A DNA stretch of 63,369 nucleotides, filler included, from Stramenopiles sp. TOSAG23-2 (Eukaryota), in NCBI GenBank assembly GCA_900128395.1. It is 30 parts of 30 records of this genome, joined end to end, with 100 filler letters (N's around TTAATTAATTAA, not from the genome) between each part and the next. Parts side by side here need not be neighbours in the genome. Positions count along the whole stretch, not along the records: positions 44,649 to 48,318 come from LT651135.1; positions 48,419 to 52,088 come from LT651136.1; positions 52,189 to 55,850 come from LT651137.1; positions 55,951 to 59,612 come from LT651138.1; 26 more parts are not named here. One strand, 5' to 3'. This document shows positions 45,141 through 56,993 of this stretch, piece by piece. The notes beneath the pieces were generated by a model. That model was not told the DNA's origin. It ran no database searches and saw only the letters and a program-made list of their open reading frames with translations. A program made the position numbers and the translations under genes. Positions within the stretch are counted from its first letter, which is position 1. The number at the start of each line of letters is the position of its first letter.

Positions 45141-48100
45141 ATGTGGGCACATAATATCATACCAGAAAGCGTCGCCATCGAAGAATCGTTTGCATGTTTA
45201 CGTGGTTATGTTGGTTTGTTATATAAAAGAAAAGATGTAAGAACACAGGAGAGTAGCTACATGTTTCACTCGAAGAAACAGGTAATGAAAACAAAAATAG
45301 ATAATAAGCTTAACAAAAGTAAAGTTAATGACAATGTATTCGTCGCGTTTGCGCCATGTGATACGTTTACATTGAAACATACCAGCCCCGACGCCTTGTT
45401 TAATTTATTGTCATTTATTGCAGATACAGCGACGTCATTGAATAGCTTACGGCGTTTTAGTCATATATATAGCGCAATTGATATTTCATCAGTTCACGGT
45501 TCCGTTTGGCAAGCATTTGCACAAGCAGTTGGGACATATGTAGATGAAATTGAAAGGAGATTGATGCGTTTTGAATCTTATGTAAATAATACCTGCTACA
45601 ATAACTCTAGTAACAATAACAGCGTACAAGAAATAGAAAAACAAGTACCCAAGTATTTATTTACTTTGATTGATCTCACTTCACGTTTAAAAGAGACTAA
45701 AGCGAATATTGAATTCGTACTTTCTTTCGTTGAGGAAACACGTAAATTGTGCAATGTTAAAAATGCTACATCACGTCATTATGCATACGAAATTCTTACA
45801 CAAATATATATGACATTAGATAATGTCACGTTACAAGCTAATGAAACTGTCTCGACAATCCAAATACCCATAAAAAAGTATATTTCAAAACAAAAGTCAA
45901 CTAGTACACCAATAAATAATATTGATAATTCTGGTAACATAATAAACTGTATAAACACATTTGCCATGGCATATAAAGTGAAAGTATTATCGGAATCATC
46001 GATCATGTTCCATTTTTTCAATACAACAATGACCACCTATTTATCCATTCTAAACTCGTGGATGTATGAAGGTAAACTAATTGATCCATATGATGAGTTT
46101 TTCATACGAAAAAATGATGATAAACATGAGAATAACACATTAAAAGTGGATTTATTTCGTTCAAATGGAACCAATGCCGATGGGGCAGCTATATGGAAAA
46201 ATGGATATAGCTTGTTAATGGAGAAGGTTCCAGCATTTTTGAAACCATATATCGATGAAATATATTTATGTGGTAAATCAGAGGCAGTTTTGCGTAAGAT
46301 ACTATCTGACATAATATCTAAAAGTGGATTTGCATTTCCAAAAGGAAAACATGATAGTGATTTGATTTTAATGATGAATCAATTAAAAAATCATATCGAA
46401 TACGAATTATACGAAGACCCATCGTTGCGGAAGTCTGATGTCCTGAACGTATTTACTGAAAACATGAATGATTTGGTATTGCAACAAACAACAACAGACA
46501 ACAATATCAAAAACATTGTAAATGTTTTTCCAAATAGTGAAAATAGGTCAAATATTGAAATAGACTTTTTGAAAAGTATTAATTTTACATCAACATCACC
46601 AACCAGTCACGAGATCGAATCAACAATTATCGATAGTAGCTTTGATGGAAATCCAAATGTAAGCCTTACACTATTTGGTTCTGGAACAACAGCTTTGAGT
46701 TTATTAAATAAAAGTAATTTAGATGTTGTCCATACATGCATTAATCAAAACAAAAATATGATTCCATCAAGTGACAAGGATGATCAAAAGAATGATAACA
46801 AATCTAAAGTAAGGTCATATTTACGTGTAAATGACTTCAAAAGAAACATTAAAAATAACAGTGAATTGTCATCATCACCATCTTTAATTCCACCATTGAA
46901 TGTAAATAAAGCGGATTATATTGGTAGCATCAACGTAAATAATTTCATTAATAAATCTATCGCTCGACCGATAATGAACAAGTCAAAAGAGACAAATGCA
47001 TTATTAGTGGAAATTTTATTAAAAAATATGAGGTTAACTACTGTTTTAGATACGTTGCGAATGTGTTATTTCTTCAGCGATGTTGAGGTAATGGAAGGCT
47101 TTATAATTGATTTATTTGATGCTGTGGATGGGAATAATAGTATTGCCAATGCTTTTCATACAAAAAATGAAGGCTCGTTTAAAAGAAATGTTACAAAACA
47201 GTTGCGAAAGGCGCTGGAGAAACACCCCGCGCATTACATGGCACATATACTTGAACCCGAAAAATGGAATGCAAGTTTTCGAAATGTACACACTAATAGT
47301 GTAAATGTAAGAAGTGCTGAAGGAAATGGTAAAGCTACAAATCATCAAACAATAGATGATTTGTTAAATTCAACAGAAAAAATGAATAGTAAATATAATT
47401 CTGAAAAAAGAAATTTTTCAAAATACGATGGTATTGGTGCATTGGATACGTTGTATTTAACATATCAACCCTCCTGGCCGATAGACTTAATTATAGATCG
47501 CAATTCAACCCATATATACAATGAAATCATGTCAAGTCTGCTGCAAGTGAAACGAGTCAAGTACAATTTAGATCACTTGCATCAAAATATCCGTAGGGAA
47601 ATTGTTGCAATTGAGAAAAGGATGCATAGTAAAAACAGTAATACTATTAAAATATCGTCGACTGATTTCGATGATGATCACAGCCAAGTATATACTCCAA
47701 GAGATGCGCAATTCAAAGAACACGCACATAAGTACATGTTGTTTATAGGTGAATTGAGACACTTTGCAAATAATTTACATAATTATTTAATAGAAACTTG
47801 TGTTTACGGAAACAGTAGCAATAGTTGGAACGCAGTAAAAAAGGAGATTCAAGAAGCGTCATCTGTAGATGATTTAAGATATATACATCATAAATATTTA
47901 TTAGCACTGAAACGACATTGCTTACTAGATCCACGAACCAAAGTAATATCGGATCAAATACGAAAGATATTGAACATATCTTTGCAATGTATTGGTGGTA
48001 TTAGAAGATGGCATCACTTGGGATCCCAAGGAGTGGAGTGGAAAGGCGATCAAGTTCGTTACGATGAACATTTACCGTACAGCACCATAAAGTTAAACGA

Positions 48101-48281
48101 GAATCGGGAATTAACACAAGCGTTGATACATCTTAATGATTTACAACATCAATTTCGAAAAACAAATAAATTTTTGCACTTGCTATTGACATCCTTAATT
48201 AAGCGCGCACATGGTAGTTACGATCATATTAAAGATGTATTGCTGCGGTTAGATTACAATTTTTATTACAATAAGCAGTGA
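45141..48281 (+). CDS. TUBGCP5: Gamma-tubulin complex component (Spc97/Spc98 family), most like GCP5
   Basis: WMYEGKLIDPYDEFFI, VPAFL...IYLCGKS, LYLTYQPSWPIDLII...YNEIMSSLLQVKRVKYNL, LLRLDYNFYY. Confidence 0.8.
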   Translation: MWAHNIIPESVAIEESFACLRGYVGLLYKRKDVRTQESSYMFHSKKQVMKTKIDNKLNKSKVNDNVFVAFAPCDTFTLKHTSPDALFNLLSFIADTATSLNSLRRFSHIYSAIDISSVHGSVWQAFAQAVGTYVDEIERRLMRFESYVNNTCYNNSSNNNSVQEIEKQVPKYLFTLIDLTSRLKETKANIEFVLSFVEETRKLCNVKNATSRHYAYEILTQIYMTLDNVTLQANETVSTIQIPIKKYISKQKSTSTPINNIDNSGNIINCINTFAMAYKVKVLSESSIMFHFFNTTMTTYLSILNSWMYEGKLIDPYDEFFIRKNDDKHENNTLKVDLFRSNGTNADGAAIWKNGYSLLMEKVPAFLKPYIDEIYLCGKSEAVLRKILSDIISKSGFAFPKGKHDSDLILMMNQLKNHIEYELYEDPSLRKSDVLNVFTENMNDLVLQQTTTDNNIKNIVNVFPNSENRSNIEIDFLKSINFTSTSPTSHEIESTIIDSSFDGNPNVSLTLFGSGTTALSLLNKSNLDVVHTCINQNKNMIPSSDKDDQKNDNKSKVRSYLRVNDFKRNIKNNSELSSSPSLIPPLNVNKADYIGSINVNNFINKSIARPIMNKSKETNALLVEILLKNMRLTTVLDTLRMCYFFSDVEVMEGFIIDLFDAVDGNNSIANAFHTKNEGSFKRNVTKQLRKALEKHPAHYMAHILEPEKWNASFRNVHTNSVNVRSAEGNGKATNHQTIDDLLNSTEKMNSKYNSEKRNFSKYDGIGALDTLYLTYQPSWPIDLIIDRNSTHIYNEIMSSLLQVKRVKYNLDHLHQNIRREIVAIEKRMHSKNSNTIKISSTDFDDDHSQVYTPRDAQFKEHAHKYMLFIGELRHFANNLHNYLIETCVYGNSSNSWNAVKKEIQEASSVDDLRYIHHKYLLALKRHCLLDPRTKVISDQIRKILNISLQCIGGIRRWHHLGSQGVEWKGDQVRYDEHLPYSTIKLNENRELTQALIHLNDLQHQFRKTNKFLHLLLTSLIKRAHGSYDHIKDVLLRLDYNFYYNKQ

Positions 48282-48418
48282 GAGAAAAATTTTACAAACG
48301 ACGTGTGATATGACGAAANNNNNNNNNNNNNNNNNNNNNNNNNNNNNNNNNNNNNNNNNNNNTTAATTAATTAANNNNNNNNNNNNNNNNNNNNNNNNNN
48401 NNNNNNNNNNNNNNNNNN

Positions 48419-49232
48419 CAATGTAGAAAACGATTTGGATGTGATGATTTTGAGCGTGTACGTGATGAAGCATTGAGTATTGATTATGAAGGTAGAAGAA
48501 GTATAAATGAGATGAGACTTTCACATCCAGCGAGAAGACTTTATTTATTAATTGAAATCTTGTTTTCTTAATTTTAGTAAAAATTCAATTTTATATATAA
48601 ATATATATTTAAATGATATAAATGAGATGAGACTTTCACATCCAGCGAGAAGACTTTATTTATTAATTGAAACATATAAACGAGTGTTTCGGTGGGGTAC
48701 ACCTATCGTATGTGCATGTGAACGCGGGCGTGTGGATGATGTAGAATTATTTGTGAATCTTCATCCTTTTCACAAGTATATTACTAATCGTGATGCGAAT
48801 GGCTACCGAGATGCTATGACATTGAAAGAGATGGTGAGTCAAGTCGGTAAAGATAGTGTTGGTTATAGATATACACCTTTAACAGTAGCTGCAAGATTCG
48901 AACATTTCCATGTAATTAAATATTTAATTGAGCAAGGTGAAGCTGATCCTAATATTGCAGATAGTCATGGATATAATGCATTACATTTTGCAGCACAGTA
49001 TAACAGAAAGAATACTGAGTTGATTCAATTGTTGTTAACGCATATGACTCTTAATAGCATTAATAAGAAGCAGTCCACGGGAGGCACTCCCCTGGACTAT
49101 GCATATCGTAAAAATCATAGTCCAATTCGCCAAGAAATCATTGCACTTTTACGTTTAAAAGGTGGAAAAGCAAATTCTTATGATGAAAATGGTAATGAAG
49201 TAGGAGATGGTAATGGTGATTTAAACGATTGA
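48419..49232 (+). CDS. Ankyrin-repeat protein of the same family as 33354, 5'-truncated and disrupted at 48558-48672
   Basis: GTPIVCACERG...TLKEMVSQVGKD...EADPNIA...GTPLDYAY...KGGK; upstream frame QCRKRFG...LYLLIE is broken by an insertion plus duplication. Confidence 0.8.
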
Positions 49233-49376
49233 AAAACATTATTCGCGAAACGTGTTTATATTTTGCATAATAAAATACAAAACTTTGAACAGAAGAGAGA
49301 TTAAAACTATAATATTTTTACAAGTATCAATTGTTTGATATATTATCGCACCCTGATCTAGACTCTCATCAATCTA

Positions 49377-50210
49377 CTATTTCGATCCATCACCATCTTC
49401 CTTCATATGTTTTTGTAGAAACATTTCATGTGCTTCGTTCCATACTTTTGCAGTATCAGCATATTGTTTACGTTCTTTTATTTTCGATAAATCAATTTCA
49501 TTTAATTCATTTGTAAAACATTTATTCCACCATAAAATGATTGACATGCCACCTGGTATTGGTTTCTTCTTTAATTCTATTGCAATTGCTTTCCGTTCCA
49601 TTGGATCATTCACTATTTCAATGATTTCCCAATCAATATCATATTTATCCTCTGGTTCAACAATACTGTATACAAATTCACCTTCAATAAAGTAATCTTC
49701 ATCCTCGTTCGTGGTGTTCAGATTGGTTTTTAATTTGATTTTCAATGATTTTTCAAGTAATTCAATATCGACATGTTTCCCTTTCACATTAGATGGTATA
49801 AATATATGCAATGTAATTGTATCTTTCGTTTGCGACCATACATATTGATCATTAATCAACGCACCGTTTACTGCCCATAGTTTAAACTCTGGATCATATT
49901 TATCTTCTTCTTTTTCCTGCTTTTTATTGTCATTTCCAACTTGATTTGGTTTCGTATTGAATATTTTTTCATATGTTGGTGTGATTGTTACATTCTTAGG
50001 TATGTTTAACACATCACTATTACCACCAAATGTTATAGACGATGTTTCATTCAATTTCGTAATGTTCAACCCACTTTTACCTTTGACTGTACTTCCATAT
50101 TGATTTAAATTTTGATATGCTCTATTATTCTTATCGACATTAACATTATTATTATTACTTTCCTCATCACTATCAAAATTCATTTTATCCCATTTACTAT
50201 AATCAACCAT
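49377..50210 (-). CDS. NudC-like CS (p23/HSP20-like) domain protein
   Basis: YVWSQTKDTITLHIFIP...IEGEF...DWEI...IELKK...WWNKCF..EIDLSKI; N-terminal MVDYSKWD. Confidence 0.82.
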   Translation of the reverse strand: MVDYSKWDKMNFDSDEESNNNNVNVDKNNRAYQNLNQYGSTVKGKSGLNITKLNETSSITFGGNSDVLNIPKNVTITPTYEKIFNTKPNQVGNDNKKQEKEEDKYDPEFKLWAVNGALINDQYVWSQTKDTITLHIFIPSNVKGKHVDIELLEKSLKIKLKTNLNTTNEDEDYFIEGEFVYSIVEPEDKYDIDWEIIEIVNDPMERKAIAIELKKKPIPGGMSIILWWNKCFTNELNEIDLSKIKERKQYADTAKVWNEAHEMFLQKHMKEDGDGSK

Positions 50211-50217
50211 TTTTTTG

Positions 50218-50256
<39 letters not shown>

Positions 50257-50560
50257 GTACGGTGTACTTTTTCTTCGTTATTGTTGTTGATGGTTTAGTT
50301 ACTATTGCTCACCTAATTTTATGTTTGTTTTTTATTTTCTATATATTCATCGATCAACGATACATTAAATCACTTCTTCATTAATTTTATTATTATTCGT
50401 CGTATTGAATTGAATTGAATGAAAAGATTTTGTATTTATTATTATTGGCTTACAATTATAAATAAAGGTCTTCTATGTATATGTGTGAAAATATGATAGA
50501 ATGGAAAATACATTTGAAAAAAAACAAACGGACAAACATTATTGATAATCTAATAAAACA

Positions 50561-51832
50561 ATGGCATCGTTATTAAATGAAAATCAACCAACGGATCCAA
50601 TATCATTATTACCGTATAAAAAACCGACAAGAGTATTGCCATGTGGTCATACCTTTAATCACTCGTCGTTAGCTAGTTTACTTGATAATAATAATGGTGA
50701 TGCAACATTAGCATGTGATCCAATATCATTATTACCGTATAAAAAACCGACAAGAGTATTGCCATGTGGTCATACCTTTAATCACTCGTCGTTAGCTAGT
50801 TTACTTGATAATAATAATGGTGATGCAACATTAGCATGTCCTGTATGTAGAAAAAGAAGTCATGTTCGTGCTGTCAATGAGTATCCTAGGAATTATGGAA
50901 TGGAACAACAAATGGATTTTCAACAAGAAAAAGAAGATAAAATACGTAAAGAGAAAATGGATTTAGTTATCAAAATGAAAATTGAATCCAATAAAAAGTT
51001 GATGGATGTCTTAGTAAAAGCATATGGTGAAAACTCTAGTGAAGTTACAGATTGTATTATTGAACTAGGCAATTTGTATAGTGATATTGCTGAATATAAT
51101 AAAGCAATGAAATGTTATGAAGAAGCATTATCACGATATGAAAAATCGGATGATAAAATTGCAGATGTCGCAAGAACATATTGTAAGGTTGGTAAAATAT
51201 ATGAAAAGCAAAGTGAATATGATAAATCGATGGAATATTTCGAAAAAGCATTACCAATGCAAGTGAAAAAATTTGGTACGGAGGAACATGTAGATGTTGG
51301 AAAGACATATGAATTGATGGGATGGACATGTAGTCAGTTGCGAAAAGATGATCTAGCAATGGAATATTGTATGAAAAGTTTAAAAATACGTTTGAAAGTA
51401 TTGGAGGAAGATCATGTGGATTTTGGTGATTCATATCATAAAATTGGATGGGTTTATTATTGTAAAGCTGAATATGATAAAGCATTAGAATATTATAATA
51501 AATCATTAGATATTCGTATAAATAAATTAGGCAAAGATCATACTGATGTTGCAGATTCATATAATAATATAGCAATAGTTTATATTTCACAAAATAAATA
51601 TGATGAAGCATTAGAATATTATAATAAATCATTAGATATTAAAATAAATAAATTAGGTAAAGATCATACTAGTGTTGCAACATCATATTATAACATTGGT
51701 AACTTATATGAAAATCAATCCAAATACAAAGAAGCATTAGAATGTTACAACAAGTCTTACAATATATGGAAAGATAAATTTGGTGATGATCATCAATATA
51801 CAAAATTTGCAGTACAACAAATACAAAATTGA
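50561..51832 (+). CDS. U-box/RING-like domain plus 42-aa TPR repeats (kinesin-light-chain / nephrocystin-3 type)
   Basis: DPIS...LPCGHTF...CPVCR; repeats of VAxSYNNIAxVY..QNKYDEALEYYNKSLDIxINKLGKDH. Confidence 0.88.
   Translation: MASLLNENQPTDPISLLPYKKPTRVLPCGHTFNHSSLASLLDNNNGDATLACDPISLLPYKKPTRVLPCGHTFNHSSLASLLDNNNGDATLACPVCRKRSHVRAVNEYPRNYGMEQQMDFQQEKEDKIRKEKMDLVIKMKIESNKKLMDVLVKAYGENSSEVTDCIIELGNLYSDIAEYNKAMKCYEEALSRYEKSDDKIADVARTYCKVGKIYEKQSEYDKSMEYFEKALPMQVKKFGTEEHVDVGKTYELMGWTCSQLRKDDLAMEYCMKSLKIRLKVLEEDHVDFGDSYHKIGWVYYCKAEYDKALEYYNKSLDIRINKLGKDHTDVADSYNNIAIVYISQNKYDEALEYYNKSLDIKINKLGKDHTSVATSYYNIGNLYENQSKYKEALECYNKSYNIWKDKFGDDHQYTKFAVQQIQN
50594..50839. repeat. Exact 123-bp tandem duplication
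   Basis: GATCCAATATCATT starts at 50594 and 50717. Confidence 0.95.
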
Positions 51833-52088
51833 ATGTTGCAGGATCATATAATAATATAGCAAATGTTTATCAATCACAAAATAAATATGATGAAGCATTA
51901 GAATATTATAATAAATCATTAGATATTTATATAAATAAATTAGGTAAAGATCATACTTATGTTGCAACATCATATAATAATATAGCATGTGTTTATGAAA
52001 AACAAAATAAATATGATGAAGCATTAGAATATCATAATAAATCATTAGATATTAATATAAATAAATTAGGTAAAGATCATACTAATGT
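51832..52088 (+). pseudogene. Further TPR units in another frame directly after the stop (chimera, misassembly or tandem fragment)
   Basis: NVAGSYNNIANVYQSQNKYDEALEYYNKSL... with no ATG. Confidence 0.55.
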
Positions 52089-52190
52089 NNNNNNNNNNNN
52101 NNNNNNNNNNNNNNNNNNNNNNNNNNNNNNNNTTAATTAATTAANNNNNNNNNNNNNNNNNNNNNNNNNNNNNNNNNNNNNNNNNNNNAT

Positions 52191-55100
52191 GGCGCTGATA
52201 CTAAGTTTCACTACAAAGCGGTTGTTGGTAAGATAACGTGTGAGAACAAAAATTTTGCTGGCGATCCATTAAATAAACGAACATCAAAGAAATGTTATTG
52301 CCTCAAGCCAGATAAACCAGTGGTTGAATCAACGGACGTTGACTACCATTATGGCCCGGATAGTCTTACACAGTTATTTAGTACTAATAGTTCACTTTCG
52401 GCAGGTGGAGCAACTGTTAGAATAAAAAGCATAAATGCAAAGTTGCTTTGTTATACATGGAACAACAAAAGTCCTGATTGCTCTAACAAATATGTAGGAC
52501 AATACTGCCAAACGGTAAATTCTGTACCAGGAAACCCAAACTATTCGATCATGCATAACGAAGCGCGAGACGAAGGAAACTGTAAAAAAGATTATTGTAA
52601 TTCGCGGGTAATGGATATTACCGGCAATAACTGGTACAGAGCAGACAAGCAGAAAGACAACAAAAACAATTGGCTTACAATTTATATAAAAACTAACGGA
52701 GGTAATTCGTATAAAATCATGCTCGCAGGGATTGCTATTGGTGGTAGATTCAACGCAGATCATTATTGTAAAAAGTTTAAGCTAAAAGTGAAAGAAGATG
52801 AAAATGGTGATTATTCAGATGTAGAAGAAGGAAGAGAATTCGAAACTGGAATAACATATCATAAGCAAATAAAATTTGTATATTTAACAACACCCATTAA
52901 AGTAACGGAAATAAAACTTGCATGTCAAGAATGGCACAACGAGAATGGTCTTCGCTGGGACATTTTAAGAAATGATGTAGTGCTTACAAAAACGGCAATT
53001 CCAGATGTAAATTATCGGAGTAATATAATTTTGCCACCAAGTGAAACGATAAACACGTATACGTTGAAGACAAAAGGATGTTCTGGAGTTTGGGGTACTT
53101 CAGAAATGGCGACGCATACTATAAAAATTTTCTATCCTTTCAAAGCAAATGAAGTTTCATTTGTCACACCAAATGGTGCACTCCCTAAAAATGGAAATAT
53201 TCAAGTAAATCTACATGCAAATGTCATTTGTTATAATGTCGATACAGCTGGTGGAATTCCAGCAAACCCGGCCTGTGGTGCAACTGTTGGCTCTGCTTGC
53301 AGTTCTGGGGATGCTCCAATTGTCATTGCGAATCCAAAGGATGGAACCCACACCATAATTTCCAGCGTGTCGTCGAATATTAACATAAAAGTAATTGGCT
53401 GCGCTTTTGACATTCAGGATCAATTTTTTTGGCATTACGTGACGACCGACATTGTATTTGCTGAATATATATTATCACCAGGATTAGTAATACCAAATGT
53501 AGGAGATATAGAAAATGGCGATAGCCTTACTTTGACTAGCGAAAGTGCAACAGTCATATGCTATAGCCTAAAGGGAAATATTGTACCCGCGTGTCATGAA
53601 ACGGACGGTTTGACATGCATTGCTGGCGAAGCACTAGTAACTGATGGAGGTGGTGCTGGAACTATAACAAACGTCATCTTCAGTGATATTGAAAATTATA
53701 ACGAAAATAGTTTTCAAGCTGTTGGTTGTTCCTCATCTATTTTGGGGAATGGTGTGGTGAATAGCGTAGCAGTAACTATATACAACCCAGGATCTCCTAC
53801 GGTGGAAGTTGATCATTCTTCTGGTAACATTGCCTCTGGAACAGTCCTGCAACTTAATGCCACAGCCTCGCGAGTGTGCGTCTCCATCACGAAAGGCAAA
53901 AACTCAAACTTGGAGGATCCTATCTGTGGAACATCCCTCAAAGCTCCTTGCAATGAAAATGCACACTTTATTTTATTACCAAATAGCAAATTTCCATTTC
54001 CAATTTTCGAGGATACGCGTGTGAAGATGGTAGGGTGTGCATTTAATACACCTGGAAAACTTCCATGGCGCAGCGATGTCGACCAATTTTCTCCTGTGTT
54101 GGATCATGCTTATACGGTGATTCCCGGCAACATTGTTTTTCCTGCTATTGTTTTATACGGAGAGCGTCTTTTATTGACTAGTCTGAACGCCACCATCATT
54201 TGTTTCAGCGATGATGGTGCAGTAATACCAAGCTGCCATTCCACCAATATTGAATTATGTGAAAGTGGATACAGCTACGTGCTTGATGATGGTAATAGTG
54301 GAAGTGTTCATAAACAATATACTGCAACTTCCAAACAAATCGTTGGCAGTCCAGGAATGAATGTTACTCTTCGTGCCGTTGGATGTCGATATACTCCAGG
54401 ACCCGTACTTGTATCCGGTCATGTGACAAAATATACAGTCAAACTTAGCAAAAAATTGTCTCCAGTCTTCGCACCTCCTTCCGGGCATAGAATGCCAGTA
54501 GGAAGTAGCTATGTAAACGTATCTGCACCATTTGCAGTAGGATTTTGTTATTCTTTTATTGGTGAAGCTGCACCAAATTGCTCTAGTAATGGAACCATGT
54601 GTACCTCTGGATCTTTCATCGAAGCTGAAGGAAATTTGTCAAAGATAAAAATGCCATTTGATAAAATAGAACCGTTTGAGCATGAAGTTGCATGGATGCA
54701 AACAATGAAGCGAAAAGGTATACTATGGGTCCAAGCATGTCATTCTAATGCCTTATTTCATAGTAATGTGACGTATGTTGAATTTCTTCCAAGGCAATCA
54801 CATATGTTTCTGAAAACAACAAATCGAGATCTTTGCGAAGTAGAGCCACTTCTTCCGCAATGTAAATGTAGTAGTTGCAATGCAAAAATGACTTTCTTAA
54901 ACGTAGACTTTCGCGGTGGACAATCATGCAATTCAAATATTCTTAGCACTCAATACGCTTCACCAAGTAAAAATGCACGCAAGTTTCCAGATCTCACATC
55001 ATGCTCAATGCTCCAGTGGCGTATAGTATCTGAGACAAATCGAGACGATAGTCCATATATTTGTGGGTCTGGAGCAGGGTGCGAAAATTCTGTTCTCCAA

Positions 55101-55850
55101 TCTCCCAGATGTTTCCAAGATAACGTTCGTCAGTGTTGGGAGACGCGACAATATGAAGACGCAAAAGCATCATGCGAAAGTATTGGTGCTCGTCTCTGCA
55201 CGTTGCCTGAAATTATGAATGGGGAAGCGTATGACGACAGCGATTCGTGTTACGATAATGCCTTTGTCTGGACCGCGACACCATGCAAACATACTTGCGA
55301 GCACGATGTTTTCAATACAATACAAGAGAGTACTGAAGGCCGATATGTTATGTGGGGAGGTGGAAAATTAAAATACACTGATGGTGTCGGGATGGAGCGT
55401 TGCGTCCCAAAAACTTCTGCAAATATTGGTGTTAAGTGTTGCTCCACTATAGGTAGATTTCATAAACCAAAAGAGGAAACAATACTTTACGACGACAGTT
55501 CTTTCATATCAAATGAGTATGGCGTTCAATTTTGTAATGGTGTAAAAACCGAAGGATGGGAAAATCCAATTGTCAACCAAGTATTAGGACGTCTGGAAAA
55601 TATGGATGGAGTTGGAAAACACATTCCTAATATGAACGAGAATCAGCCTTGGATGAATATGGCGAACACTGAAATTTTCAAAGGTGTGTTCGCAGTAGAC
55701 GTTACAAAAAACGAGAACAATCGAGGTGGAAACGAGGAAAGCAATTTAAAAGTTCACTGCAGTGGGGAAATATCCCATGGAAATTGTCGGTATTTGCACG
55801 GGCCTTTCCGCGGTACCACACAGCTGGAAGCACCAACGCGATATCCTTTA
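52191..55850 (+). CDS. Large Cys-rich extracellular mosaic protein, internal fragment: GDP-containing Cys module, F5/8-type-C-like domain, about 5 ICY..P.C..C..G repeats, lectin-like module
   Basis: Frame open across the whole contig; IAIGGR...KFKLKV...GLRWDI; YEDAKASCESIGARLCTLPEI...VWTATPC. Confidence 0.8.
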
Positions 55851-55950
55851 NNNNNNNNNNNNNNNNNNNNNNNNNNNNNNNNNNNNNNNNNNNNTTAATT
55901 AATTAANNNNNNNNNNNNNNNNNNNNNNNNNNNNNNNNNNNNNNNNNNNN

Positions 55951-56048
55951 ATCGGCTCATAGTCCTCGTTGATCATTGATACTTCTATACGATTGGCATT
56001 TTGATATTCCTCACAAGCTTTCTTCAATCTTTCCGATATGGAATCCAT
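55951..56048 (-). CDS. 5' fragment of an unknown gene
   Basis: MDSISERLKKACEEYQNANRIEVSMINEDYEP after an AT-rich leader. Confidence 0.4.
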
Positions 56049-56993
56049 ATTGTAATGTATATATATATATATATATATATACACGTGCGCGCGTATATAC
56101 TAGTATATATATGATGTAAAAAATATAGGTATTGTTGATTATTATCAAAATGAAATTTGCATGTGGTGAGAAACGGAGATGGTCTGGTATAATTATAATT
56201 ATCCTAATATGAAATGTGATGCTTTAGCTGGTTAGCACAAATCTCTGTCTGAGTGTACGGTGGTAGTGCAGCGGAATCGTGAAAAATATCCTGAATCCCC
56301 AAGCTCGCTTGGGGATGGGTGGTCCATCCCCATCAAGCAAAATCCCCAAGGTACTTGTTGTAGTGTTAGTGTGTTATAATTACCCATATATCTTCTTGTG
56401 GTCTAATTTCCATTTTGAAAGAAAATAGAATAGCAATGATAAATAATTTTGTTGCGATTTGCAAAAAAATGCATCAGAAGACATGAAAAGTCTAGGACCT
56501 AGATTTGGTAGCTACTGCAACTACTATAAAATGCTTAGGTAAAATATTAGCATAGGAATAGCATTATACTAGAGTTGAAGAGTAGGGTTCAAGCGGAGCC
56601 AAATTTGTTGGTTTCCAAAAACCATGTTCCAAAGAAAATTATTATCCAAATAGATTAATGAATAAGATTATATTTTGTAGTTCATTTATGAAATAATTCG
56701 GAGAAATAAAATTTGGGTCCCATTGATTTCGTTCCGCTTGTTTCGCATTTAAACTCTACCCAAGGATTGGAAAAATCAAAGTTAGATATATATATATATA
56801 CCCTGGTAGTACTTAAGAAAGAACCAAAAATTTAATGTAGACAATTGGACACCTTGTTATATTAGATCGTCCTCATAACGCTCTCACCCACATATGTACT
56901 GCCATCTTCGAATCTTTCACTAGCTAGCGCTATAATAGTTGCTGTGGCTATTCGATAGTCGAGACCCTTTACACTATTTTTACTAATTCTTAT

